Part shown: positions 32,260 to 41,797 of the stretch, piece by piece | Position numbering within the stretch: position 1 is the first letter of the stretch | Layout of the letters: every line of letters begins with the position of its first letter | IMG/VR virus record: IMGVR_UViG_3300012890_000005 | Direction: 5' to 3' (one strand) | Length of the DNA: 64,000 bases | Source: a virus | The notes under the pieces: model-generated | The model's database searches: none | Told to the model about the DNA's origin: nothing | What the model saw: only the letters and a program-made list of their open reading frames with translations | Made by a program: the position numbers and the translations under genes

Positions 32260-32724
32260 TCATGTAAATCTGTAATTTATATCAAATAATGGATCATATG
32301 ATTGCCACCAGAGCAAGACATCTCGATGATCCTGAGATGCCCAATATACTACTTTACGACTCCACTTCATTCCGAGTTCACTTTTTTTCCACCAATTCAG
32401 CACCGCAACATGACCATTCCCAGAAGCGAGATCCATTGCCCAATAAGTCCACTTCATGGCAAGTCCGCTTCGTTTCCACCAGTCCAATACCGCAACATGA
32501 CCATTTTGAGATGCGTAATCCATTGCATCGGAAGTCCATGCCAAATCGAGTTTGCTTTGTTGTTGGTACCATTCCAACACAGCTAGATGACCATCGTAAG
32601 ATGCAATGTCAAGGAAATGTAATGGGATGTCAGGTTGCATACCCAATGCGATTTGTAACAAGAAGAGTGTATTCGAATCATGTATATGAGGTTGTATTAG
32701 ATGAGCAATGAGACTGACTTGCAT
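32260..32724 (-). CDS. Ankyrin-repeat protein
   Basis: AMDYASQNGHVAVLDWWKRSGL repeats. Confidence 0.85.
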   Translation of the reverse strand: MQVSLIAHLIQPHIHDSNTLFLLQIALGMQPDIPLHFLDIASYDGHLAVLEWYQQQSKLDLAWTSDAMDYASQNGHVAVLDWWKRSGLAMKWTYWAMDLASGNGHVAVLNWWKKSELGMKWSRKVVYWASQDHRDVLLWWQSYDPLFDINYRFT

Positions 32725-32857
32725 CGAAATATAATATATAATATGACATAGATGAAAGAAAAAAATGCATAAAGAACGGATACGATCCGCAGACGGCAAG
32801 GTACACCTCCCTGCAATTGTTTTGTCGAAGACAAAACAAGTCGTGTTACATCAGACA

Positions 32858-33889
32858 TTATTTTTCTTCAATGAGTGTAGGTTCTGAGATTTTCGTGTCT
32901 AAATATTTTTGTTTTTTTGCAAGCATGTTAGTTAGATTGTACCAACCTTTCGTGTGATCTTGACGACAAATATTCGCAAGTTCGGCACAAAGCTCATCAA
33001 TTACCGCAGGACGTTCGTCTTCATCTAACTTTTTTTGCCAATAAGTGGCAAGTTCTTCGTATTCGACGGGAGAATATCCACCATTGTATTTCTCACTATT
33101 CAACGCTTCAATGTAACTCTTTCCAATTACATCAACAAGTTGTTTCCAAGTCGCTTCGTCTTGCATCGGTGTCCATTGTCTCATTGTTGCACCTTTCATT
33201 GTAGAAGATATTCCGAACTGTTTACGACCTTTATCGCATCTCACCACGTCTCCCAACGACCAAGCTTTTAGAGATCCACCGGAATTTTTGAATAATGGAT
33301 TTGAGGCTAAAACCTCCGGCGTGATAGCAGCCTCATCCTTGCATATCATAATGTTGAATAAAGCGACGATACATTTATTGATCCATTCATCTTTGTAAGC
33401 TTTGTCGTTGTTCTGAGCATAATTTTTGGGCTTGTTGTTTCCTGCGATATCTCTCATGCACGATATTGAATATCGTTTGATCTGTTGCTCGAAGTGTTGT
33501 ATGGTCTTGTATTCTTTCATAATGAAATCTTGCACGTCCTGAGCAGTTTTATAACCTTTATCTCCAAGTATTTCCAAGACCTCCAGGATTTGTTTCTTTT
33601 CTTTGACTGTGCATTGTTGAATGAAGGGAGTTGACATTAGATCTGAAAAATCTTGTTTGATGATAATATTATTTTGAATGCCTATGTTGTTATTGTTTTG
33701 TGTTTGTATATTGTTCTGTATTTGTTGTATAGTAGGAGGAATTTGTTGCTCTTCTATTTCATGCTTTTTCAAATTCGTTTCCTTTTCGCACTTCCTTTGA
33801 CAAACTCCCTTCGTTTTATGTTGAGAATAGTTACTCTTATACTTGTAGATTGCTTTACAGTCTGGACAGCGACGAGGATAGGATACCAT
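32858..33889 (-). CDS. N-terminal Zn-finger protein with Asn/Ile-rich linker (giant-virus type)
   Basis: CPDC..YSQH..C then IQNNIQTQNNNNIGIQNNIII. Confidence 0.65.
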   Translation of the reverse strand: MVSYPRRCPDCKAIYKYKSNYSQHKTKGVCQRKCEKETNLKKHEIEEQQIPPTIQQIQNNIQTQNNNNIGIQNNIIIKQDFSDLMSTPFIQQCTVKEKKQILEVLEILGDKGYKTAQDVQDFIMKEYKTIQHFEQQIKRYSISCMRDIAGNNKPKNYAQNNDKAYKDEWINKCIVALFNIMICKDEAAITPEVLASNPLFKNSGGSLKAWSLGDVVRCDKGRKQFGISSTMKGATMRQWTPMQDEATWKQLVDVIGKSYIEALNSEKYNGGYSPVEYEELATYWQKKLDEDERPAVIDELCAELANICRQDHTKGWYNLTNMLAKKQKYLDTKISEPTLIEEK

Positions 33890-34010
33890 AAGCAATATCT
33901 TTTCTTATTTATGTACACGCCTCTCCATTTTACAACGAAGTTAAGAACGCATCAAATTTTGATTCAAATATACCTGCGGGAAGCATTGAGTCAGGTAACA
34001 TAAAATGATA

Positions 34011-34582
34011 TCAGAGTTACGTTTTCAATACATCAAATTATCCCGGATATATTGAGTGTAATTGATCAGGTTACACAAAATATAACCGAAAAAAAAGCGG
34101 TATTCATGATCTTGAGAGAATATCAGAAGTATTAGAAGATCAGTGCAGTTTTCAATCCATTGTATTTCATGAAGTATTGGATGAAGCAAATAATTAACTT
34201 GATTATTCTCAATGCTACGGGAAGATTTTTGATTTCATCAGTGAACCGTTTAAAAAAGCTAGCGCATTGTTCATATTTGTTCAATTTACTACGATAAACA
34301 TCAATGAACATAGCTTCTTGGCTTCATTAACATCAATAAATTCTCTGTTTTATCAACACGGGTGGGTGTTCATAGAGGATCAAATGTAATACATTCTTCT
34401 GGTTTTTTTAGTAAGCTGTACTTCCTTTTGTTTGGTCTTCAGAGCTTTTGTAGCGGGTATTATTAAACATGTGAGATTGGTTATATAAAGTGTTACTCAG
34501 TGTTACGTTTTCAATATATCAAATCATCCCGGATATATTGAGTGTAATAGATCAGGTTACACAAAATATAACTAAAAAAAAA
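34011..34582. repeat. About 86-bp imperfect direct repeat (34011-34096 and 34497-34582)
   Basis: gttacgttttcaata.atcaaat.atcccggatatattgagtgtaat.gatcaggttacacaaaatataac in both copies; offset 486. Confidence 0.9.
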
Positions 34583-34843
34583 CATTTCAAACAGGATCTG
34601 AAAAAAGATTATGACTTCGCTTTTGGTTCATGAAATGGACAATCTAATCTTTCGACAGGTTCATCTTTTCTTCAGTATTTCGATCTTCCAACTTTTCATT
34701 GGATTGTAGAAATAAAACATATTTGACATTTTTTTCACCTTGAGAAATCCTGCAGATCTGTCGAAGGATGTTTTCACGCGTGCATCTCAGCATACAGCCA
34801 GCTTTTCGTTGCATTGACCCCAACACAAAACAAAGCAAACAAG

Positions 34844-35467
34844 ATGTTGTGGTACTTGTATTACGATGGAGGACCAGATGACAAAGAAACAAACAAGCCG
34901 ATCTCAAAGGAGAATATTGGCGGAGAGCTCATGAGATGTATAGAGACTACAGACGCATCAGAAGCAATTCGCAAGATCTCAACTGAGTTGTTTCTTCATC
35001 TTGCCAAACCCAAAGATAGTAGTTTCGTCGTGTGTTTATTCCGCATTCCCGAGAAGTCTCTTTCGTTTGAGGTCTTCTTCAAGACAGGACAAGAACAGAG
35101 TTGGAATGAGCTTTTCAATGTCTCTCGAGATGCTTTCCAATGTTGCGCGGATCAGATTACCTATTGGAATATGTTTACCGGTGAAGACCACTTTGACATT
35201 ACAGAGGAGCCAACGAAAGAACAACAAGTCGCTAAAATCGCAGACCTACAGCTCTACAGACTTATCGAGACAAAAGACCCTGAAACGATCACGAAAGCGA
35301 AAGAAGACATGATTGATCGTTTTCAAAGATGGATTGATTTGTTGAGAGATGATTCGGACGGGTGGGCTTTATACCAAGAGCAGATTGGAACAGCGAACGA
35401 TACAGAAGTGAACATTAGTCAAGTGAGATCGCAGAAACTTGTCAAAGAAAAATTGTACAAGAAATGA
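34844..35467 (+). CDS. Hypothetical protein
   Basis: ATG 34844 within the 217-aa ORF; CTGCAG about 88 nt upstream. Confidence 0.65.
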   Translation: MLWYLYYDGGPDDKETNKPISKENIGGELMRCIETTDASEAIRKISTELFLHLAKPKDSSFVVCLFRIPEKSLSFEVFFKTGQEQSWNELFNVSRDAFQCCADQITYWNMFTGEDHFDITEEPTKEQQVAKIADLQLYRLIETKDPETITKAKEDMIDRFQRWIDLLRDDSDGWALYQEQIGTANDTEVNISQVRSQKLVKEKLYKK

Positions 35468-35565
35468 GTGTGACTTGGTAACGAATTATGCAATAATAAA
35501 ATAGAAAACAAGCGATGATGACTTTCTTTTACAAGATGTATATTCATTCATTCATTCATTCATCC

Positions 35566-35757
35566 TTAATTTCTTCCAACAAAAGAGTATAATGAGACAA
35601 ACTCAGGGAAAGGTTTCATCTTCGATACAAGCATTTTATCACAATCTTCTGAAATGCCATCGACACAAATATTGTTCTCAAAAGCCAACGCCAAGGCTTT
35701 CCAAATACTTATTTTTTCTTCACATAGCACGTGATCTTCCCCATAGGAACAAGACAT
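35566..35757 (-). CDS. Small hypothetical protein
   Basis: 63-aa ATG ORF, aaagATG context, CTGCAG about 70 nt upstream. Confidence 0.4.
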   Translation of the reverse strand: MSCSYGEDHVLCEEKISIWKALALAFENNICVDGISEDCDKMLVSKMKPFPEFVSLYSFVGRN

Positions 35758-36004
35758 CTTTTTATCTCACTTTTGGGGTGAAGATTGTTAGTAACCTGCT
35801 GGCGCTCACCCACGTTTCGGTAAAAGCTGCAGAAAGAACTAAAAATGAAAATCATAAAGTGGAAGTATTTGTAGAGAGCAAAATGAGATCCAACAAGAAA
35901 GAGCGAATCGATATTTCATAATCTTTCAAGTCTAAGATTTTTGAAGCAAAACTATACAATATATTTACAGATGTTACAAATTACGAAATCGTAAATTAGG
36001 ATCT

Positions 36005-36475
36005 TCAAATCTTCATATCCGGGAAGAAGCTTTCTTTCGTTATATCGACTGGAATACCTTCTCCTTGTGAATGCATGTACCGCCCTTTTCGCATCATACT
36101 GACAAACGGTATCTTCATCCATTGACCTTTTTGATTTTCTACAAGTCCATGGTCGATCGCAATGAGTAGATCGTCATCTGAGATAAATTGTATTTTTTTC
36201 TTTAGTTCATCTAGTTTCCACTGAGAATTCAATTTTGTTTCCACCGCGCCGATCGATTGATGTTGATTTGCAATGATCTCATAACATGTTATCTCTTCTT
36301 CGGGAAAGATTGTTTCTACATCGGTTTTATCGTTTTCGTGAGCTTGTGCAAGATGGATACGCATTGTGTCTTTAAATGGTATAGGTGTAAATTCAGAAAG
36401 ATGATGATGATGATGATGAAAGGGGATATGGCGCTTTTTGTCACTTAATTTGCTGCATAGTACAACAAATTTCAT
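36005..36475 (-). CDS. Possible degenerate YjjX/ITPase-like protein
   Basis: QSIGAVET, IAIDHGLVE, GEGIPV loosely recall non-canonical purine NTPases; start may be 36364. Confidence 0.3.
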   Translation of the reverse strand: MKFVVLCSKLSDKKRHIPFHHHHHHLSEFTPIPFKDTMRIHLAQAHENDKTDVETIFPEEEITCYEIIANQHQSIGAVETKLNSQWKLDELKKKIQFISDDDLLIAIDHGLVENQKGQWMKIPFVSMMRKGRYMHSQGEGIPVDITKESFFPDMKI

Positions 36476-36544
36476 TTTGGACTTTATGCAGCCAAATCTT
36501 GTAAGATCAGTGCTTCGACTTGATTGATTTCATAATAGGTTTGT

Positions 36545-37009
36545 TTATAGATTTTTTTTCATAAAATAATCGTTCAGTTGCCCGCCTTTTGTTGTTTTGC
36601 AAATGATGCGAATCGGCTCTTTCATACGTGTATCAATTTGTCCACGATACTTGTTCAGTTCACCAATACAATGTTTAGTACCTGGAGATTCGTTCAGATG
36701 TAATGCCACCGCATGATGTGGTTTGTGTGTTTTGATCATGTCGCAATTCCTCATAATCCCAGCCTTCTTACCATGTTTGTACCAATCGTGAGTCGTCACA
36801 GGCATGCCTATGATATTCCAACCAAGTTCTTTTGCAATCTGAGCCGCCAATAGATCAGCTCCTCGAGCACCTCCGTGGACTAGAGTCCATTCTGTAATTG
36901 GCAGATTTTCTTGCATGATCAAATTGAATTCGTTACGAATTGTTGTAACATCTGACCAATCCCGAGAACCCGTCACTAAGACAACATGATGATTGATTGA
37001 CATTGACAT
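36545..37009 (-). CDS. SLOG-family (YspA/DUF2493-like) protein
   Basis: VLVTGSRDW, LVHGGARGAD, HGKKAGIMRN, SPGT. Confidence 0.85.
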   Translation of the reverse strand: MSMSINHHVVLVTGSRDWSDVTTIRNEFNLIMQENLPITEWTLVHGGARGADLLAAQIAKELGWNIIGMPVTTHDWYKHGKKAGIMRNCDMIKTHKPHHAVALHLNESPGTKHCIGELNKYRGQIDTRMKEPIRIICKTTKGGQLNDYFMKKNL

Positions 37010-37170
37010 TGTCAATACTTGGTTTGATATGAGATTTTTGAAAGCATGATCTTTCAAATTTACATACTGTATCACTCCTTCTGCAGTGCGCTACTTTGAG
37101 TCGATAAAACGCGTTTTACCAAATATTCGCAATCTTTTTGTAGATACATTGCGCACCAACACACATATAC

Positions 37171-37624
37171 ATGTCGACAAAACCATCGTTCTCAGAATGT
37201 CTTTGCTCGTTGTCGTGAATATGGTCAAGATAAGACAAAGGAAGAACGAGAAAAACAAAAGGGTGAAGTGCGAAGACAATTGACGGAAACAAAGGAAAAT
37301 TATCATAAGGAGATGATCACGACTGTTGAGATGTTGCAAAAGACAGGTTTATATCATGAAGAGAATGGATCAATGGTACAGATACAAAATCTTTATGGCG
37401 ATATGATCGAATGGGTAGTCGAAAACAGAGCGCAGCTGTTGGAAGAAGCCTTTTCTGAAGTGAATGTAATTGTTGTGGATTACAGCGTTTACGAAGAAGG
37501 AAATTGTGTCAATATTTGGTTTGTTCTGTGCGATAAGACTGTCAGCCAAGTAACAATGCGAAAGAAACGATATTTGGAGCTTGATCCAAATAAAATAATC
37601 ATCATGGCGGATACAGAAGAGTGA
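37171..37624 (+). CDS. Hypothetical protein with apparent +1 frameshift near 37200
   Basis: The frame of ORF 37268 is open upstream without an ATG; ATG 37171 is one base out of frame and about 84 nt after CTGCAG. Confidence 0.4.
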
Positions 37625-37820
37625 AAAACGCTGTTGAATCAAACACACTCTATTAATAAAATGTTATGCAATTTATTGTTGTGTGGATGACATCATGATC
37701 ATTTCTTTATCTTTTCTCAATTTCTCACTTGCAAAGGTAAAAGCTTAAGTGGTTTGCGAGTCTTTTCTGCTTATTTTGAAAGAAATCTCTTTTTCAATTA
37801 TAATCAAATCTTTGCTGTCA

Positions 37821-38189
37821 TCACTTTGCAATCTCGTGCTTGAAGTTTATCACGACGTTCTCAAAATTCAATATTCCACAGAACTTCATTTTGGTTGGTT
37901 CTTTAGTATCATAAATTGTACATTCTATTTCGTCTGAATCGATACAGATACTATACGGGTCCGTATTTGTCATTGAAGTGTACCAAGTCAAGACGACGAT
38001 ATCTTCATCCCAACAACAAGTAGGTTGCAAAAACTCGTAACGCTTCAATTCTTGTATCACACCGTTGACATTGAAGAGAATCAGATCGTACGTATGCTCA
38101 TTTAAGATGATACTTTCTGGGGCTGTATTCTTGAGGGTAGAAAGTATATCTTCTGTCCATACATTCATACATGTTATAGAGCTGGTCAT
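37821..38189 (-). CDS. Hypothetical protein (intact copy of duplicated gene)
   Basis: Several differences from the 23887 copy are synonymous in this frame. Confidence 0.65.
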   Translation of the reverse strand: MTSSITCMNVWTEDILSTLKNTAPESIILNEHTYDLILFNVNGVIQELKRYEFLQPTCCWDEDIVVLTWYTSMTNTDPYSICIDSDEIECTIYDTKEPTKMKFCGILNFENVVINFKHEIAK

Positions 38190-38403
38190 ACCAATGTTTC
38201 TTCTTTATTACTTGTAGAACCGACGCGATGATATTTTATCTTTGTTAGAATATGTCTTGCAGTATTTCACATTCATGTTACAGCAGTAACGAAACATATG
38301 AGATTTGACTAACATGCGTTTCAGTTGCATTATAATTTTAGAATATTGAGATTTGAAACATAACATACTAAGAAGATCGTTTTGCAAAATCCTCCGTTTA
38401 GTA

Positions 38404-39065
38404 ATGCGATCTACGTCTTTGCTACAACAAGAACGAAGATCTTTACACGGACACGCCAGATTTTATAAAGAACTTGCTGAATATAACATTCTTCGGGAAC
38501 AAGGTGGAGAACGATGGTTGCCTGAACTCAAGATCGTTGATCAAATTATTCCTAAAATCTCTTTACGATGGCCTTCTGATACAGTCATTGAGCTGACTTT
38601 CATCAGTATAGGGCAAAGAATCGCTGGTTTCCCTCACCGACGTGGACACTGGCCTTTCACGCCTCCTGATATAAGAGTAAGATCGGGTCAAATTCCTGCT
38701 TCGTTACAACAGTGTATGGAAGGTGATCGTATTTTGATTTTGCAACCAGACTGGTCTCCTGCTTGCAAATCTCCCAAATCGCCATGATACTAGGAAGTTG
38801 TCTCAACGAAACAATGATCAATGACACCAATGATCAATCAACGACATGTACGACAGTATCCCACGTAGATCTTCGTCGTCGTAGAAGCTGTCCGTCGTTG
38901 GATGAGATTACCTTCGCCGAGGAGAATGATCGCATTTGTGTTAAGCAGACAGAATGGAACGATTGTGATGATGATGATGATTCTGACGATATGACAATGT
39001 ATTACTTGGAAGATGTCCACTCAAACTACACAAGATCCCATTGGGCATCATTGCAAGAGCAATGA
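38404..39065 (+). pseudogene. Ubiquitin-conjugating (E2/UEV)-like protein split by a frameshift at about 38763
   Basis: RFYKEL..WPFTPPDI..LQPDWSPA continues as LQISQIAMILGSCL in the other frame; no Cys at the usual catalytic position. Confidence 0.65.
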
Positions 39066-39095
39066 AATACAAATTTAGATCTTTCATCAATCAAC

Positions 39096-39284
39096 TCAAG
39101 ATTTGTATCGCAAAAGAAAAACGCACAGAACGATTGCAACAACACAAATAGCAGTACCCAGCAAAAAGGGCCATATTCTTGTTTTGTGTCTTATGATTTC
39201 TCTACGACAAGCTTCGCAATTAGATGATTTGGAACAATGATCCTGTAGATCAATTGTGATGAATTTGCTCTGATCCTTTGTCAT
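39096..39284 (-). CDS. Small tail-anchored membrane protein
   Basis: CxxC followed by hydrophobic WPFLLGTAICVVAIVLCVFLL. Confidence 0.5.
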   Translation of the reverse strand: MTKDQSKFITIDLQDHCSKSSNCEACRREIIRHKTRIWPFLLGTAICVVAIVLCVFLLRYKS

Positions 39285-39612
39285 TACAAGATGTTTATTT
39301 TATCTTATTCGCAGAATTTTTTCTATAAGAGCATGACCGCGCAAGTGATCTCTATCGATTTCTCAAAATTGATGAGCTTTCCTTTTTTGTGTAGGGTCGC
39401 TCCGGTGAGAAACTAAATTCTGCACGACGAATAAGTGAAATGAATTCATCCACAAGGAGCCAAGAAAATAATTTCAATCCCTATGGGATGTTTCGAGAGT
39501 GAGCGTAACTCTATTGAGATTTGGATAAAACGGATATCATTGCAGATGTTTTCTTCGGAATCAGACATATGAAGAGGACTACTGAAATTCGATAGCGGGC
39601 AATGTTTATTAA

Positions 39613-40143
39613 TCATTTTAGTAAGTCATATCTTAATATTGATGAACCAACGGGTCGATTTTCCGTGTTTCTTTTATTCGTCTCCGATACCTCGGATACC
39701 CGTTGATTGATCCTCGAACCTGTTTCGTGTAATTTTACATGAGCACGAAGATTGTCTATTCGGTCATAGAAAGATTTTCCGCATATCTCACAGGTAAAAG
39801 TTCTTTCTGGATTATGTGTTTTCTGGTGTCGTTTCAGGTAATGAAGACGAGCGAAAGATTTATTACAACCTTCATGTTGACATAAGTGTGGTCTTGGTGG
39901 AGTGACTGGGTCGAAGATAAGGTCCAAATTTCCATTTTCTGTTGTCGGATTTCCTATGGGAATCGGATTTCCGATGGGAAGTACAAATCCAACATAATTT
40001 GGATCAATCATTCCAGAATGTGATATTAGATGTGACCATCCATCGACAATCATCGGACAAGTATATCCGCAGAACTGACAAGTGAATTGTGCCCAATACA
40101 ACGGAAGGAAGCAAAAGAGTAAACGAAATTTAGATATGAACAT
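39613..40143 (-). CDS. C2H2 zinc-finger protein with signal-peptide-like N-terminus
   Basis: CQHEGCNKSFARLHYLKRHQKTH and CEICGKSF..DNLRAHVKLH; leader MFISKFRLLFCFLPLYWA. Confidence 0.85.
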   Translation of the reverse strand: MFISKFRLLFCFLPLYWAQFTCQFCGYTCPMIVDGWSHLISHSGMIDPNYVGFVLPIGNPIPIGNPTTENGNLDLIFDPVTPPRPHLCQHEGCNKSFARLHYLKRHQKTHNPERTFTCEICGKSFYDRIDNLRAHVKLHETGSRINQRVSEVSETNKRNTENRPVGSSILRYDLLK

Positions 40144-40665
40144 CGATGTATAATGTATATGTATGGTGTATGTTTATTAGATTTATTAGATATATAAGAT
40201 GCTGTTGAATTGCTGGTCTATCGGGAAAATCCCGTAATTCGGCAAGACTTTCGTAGAACTCATTGAACAAAAAAAAAGGATCTCAATAAATGCAGAAAAT
40301 ATCGTTGTTTTCTCACCCAATTGGATCAAAAGAGAGTCGATTCGTTCATTTCGTTGCAATCTCTCAAACTTTCACAATCACCATGTCATATACACTAAAA
40401 CGTTTTGGTGCGCAATGGTTTTCAGGCAAAAACCCACAAGAGCAGATGATGCAACACCGCCCACAATGATGAAAGATTCTTGCTCACATCCTGCAAATAT
40501 GTTTCTTTGGTAAGAAGAAAATTAAGACAAGGTGGGCTAACAGCTTCAAAAAAAGGAGCAATGGCGAGTCGTATAAAACTTATTGCTCTCAAGTTCGTTT
40601 CGTTCCCTTGAGGTGTGATTCCCTTTTCCTTGCTCTTTCCCCAAATCGAACACTCGTTTTAGATT

Positions 40666-41199
40666 CTACATCAGTGTGGATACTATGTTACGGCTCGCCA
40701 TAGCATAATCAGACCTCATAATAATGATCTCGGTTTCATTACTCCATCCTTTCAGGTACAAGTATGGACAGATCATGCTTGTTCCTGCAGGTAGCATGAT
40801 AGTCTCAATGCTTTCATCGTTTCTGTGGTAATTGAAACGTAAGGCACTAATCAGACTTGCGGTCATACCAATGAAATTGTTATTGTACAATTTAGATTCA
40901 TCTTCTTCGTTACTTGATAACGATCTGTAGAGTTGCATTTCCACCTTGCTTTTTGGCACTCTGTCTTGTTCCAACAAGACTGTGAAATATTCTTCCAGAG
41001 CAGGTCGCTGATATTTGTTTGCATTCCCTACATGACACCATAATGCAAAAATACCCAAGTCAAATGAGAAATACAATGCACTATTGTGCAATTGCACCAA
41101 CATTTCGTGTTGTATTTTCTCGTCAGAAATCCATAAATGATCGAGTAGAGCGGTATTCGATTTAACAATGTTTCTTTTCCTATGATGAGTTTGTTTCAT
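40666..41199 (-). CDS. Hypothetical protein
   Basis: 177-aa ATG ORF. Confidence 0.55.
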   Translation of the reverse strand: MKQTHHRKRNIVKSNTALLDHLWISDEKIQHEMLVQLHNSALYFSFDLGIFALWCHVGNANKYQRPALEEYFTVLLEQDRVPKSKVEMQLYRSLSSNEEDESKLYNNNFIGMTASLISALRFNYHRNDESIETIMLPAGTSMICPYLYLKGWSNETEIIIMRSDYAMASRNIVSTLM

Positions 41200-41237
41200 T
41201 CTTTTTACTAGAACTGTCAGTAACTGAATCCTCTTGG

Positions 41238-41555
41238 CTACATATTTACATATTCAGCAGTTCTGGTCACATCATACATGCTAAGAGTCCCATCAGCGGT
41301 CGTCATGTTATCGAGTATCCAGGATGATGTAACAATTTTGTGAGGAATTTTATTGATGTATTCGATGAGTGATTGAAGAACATGCACAGCATTTCCGAAC
41401 TCCTCCACTCTCGTATCATGGTTATATAAGAAATCTTCGTTCTGGAAAACCTTCAAGACTGTATACATTTTGCTTGTCTTCTTATGAATCAAGTTTTCCC
41501 AATCTATGTTTTCAGCGGAACATAACATTTTATTGATAAGTGCATAGATTGACAT
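41238..41555 (-). CDS. Hypothetical protein
   Basis: 105-aa ATG ORF. Confidence 0.45.
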   Translation of the reverse strand: MSIYALINKMLCSAENIDWENLIHKKTSKMYTVLKVFQNEDFLYNHDTRVEEFGNAVHVLQSLIEYINKIPHKIVTSSWILDNMTTADGTLSMYDVTRTAEYVNM

Positions 41556-41797
41556 CTTGAGAAATAGGGAGTTCTGACGAGTGAGCAGTTTATCGCAGAA
41601 CCTTATATCTATTATTAGTATTATTAGTATTCATATGATGCAAACGAGCATCTATTGCGTTAAGTCTGCGTGGAGTTCACCTTGAGGACGAACACAAGGC
41701 TGCAGTTTTGGCACGAAATGCAGCTTTTGCGATCTGCTTTGTTTCGCTTTTTCTATCGAACTTCATTCACACAAAAGTCAAAGATATCCCAGAAAAG

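Noticed and set aside
35542..35563. (TTCA)n and similar microsatellites, e.g. (TA)n near 23862
   Set aside because: Ordinary simple repeats in AT-rich intergenic DNA.
41708..41797. Signal-like N-termini of ORF-track entries 41708 and 45954
   Set aside because: They begin at TTG inside promoter DNA; homology and CTGCAG spacing support ATGs at 41798 and 46014.
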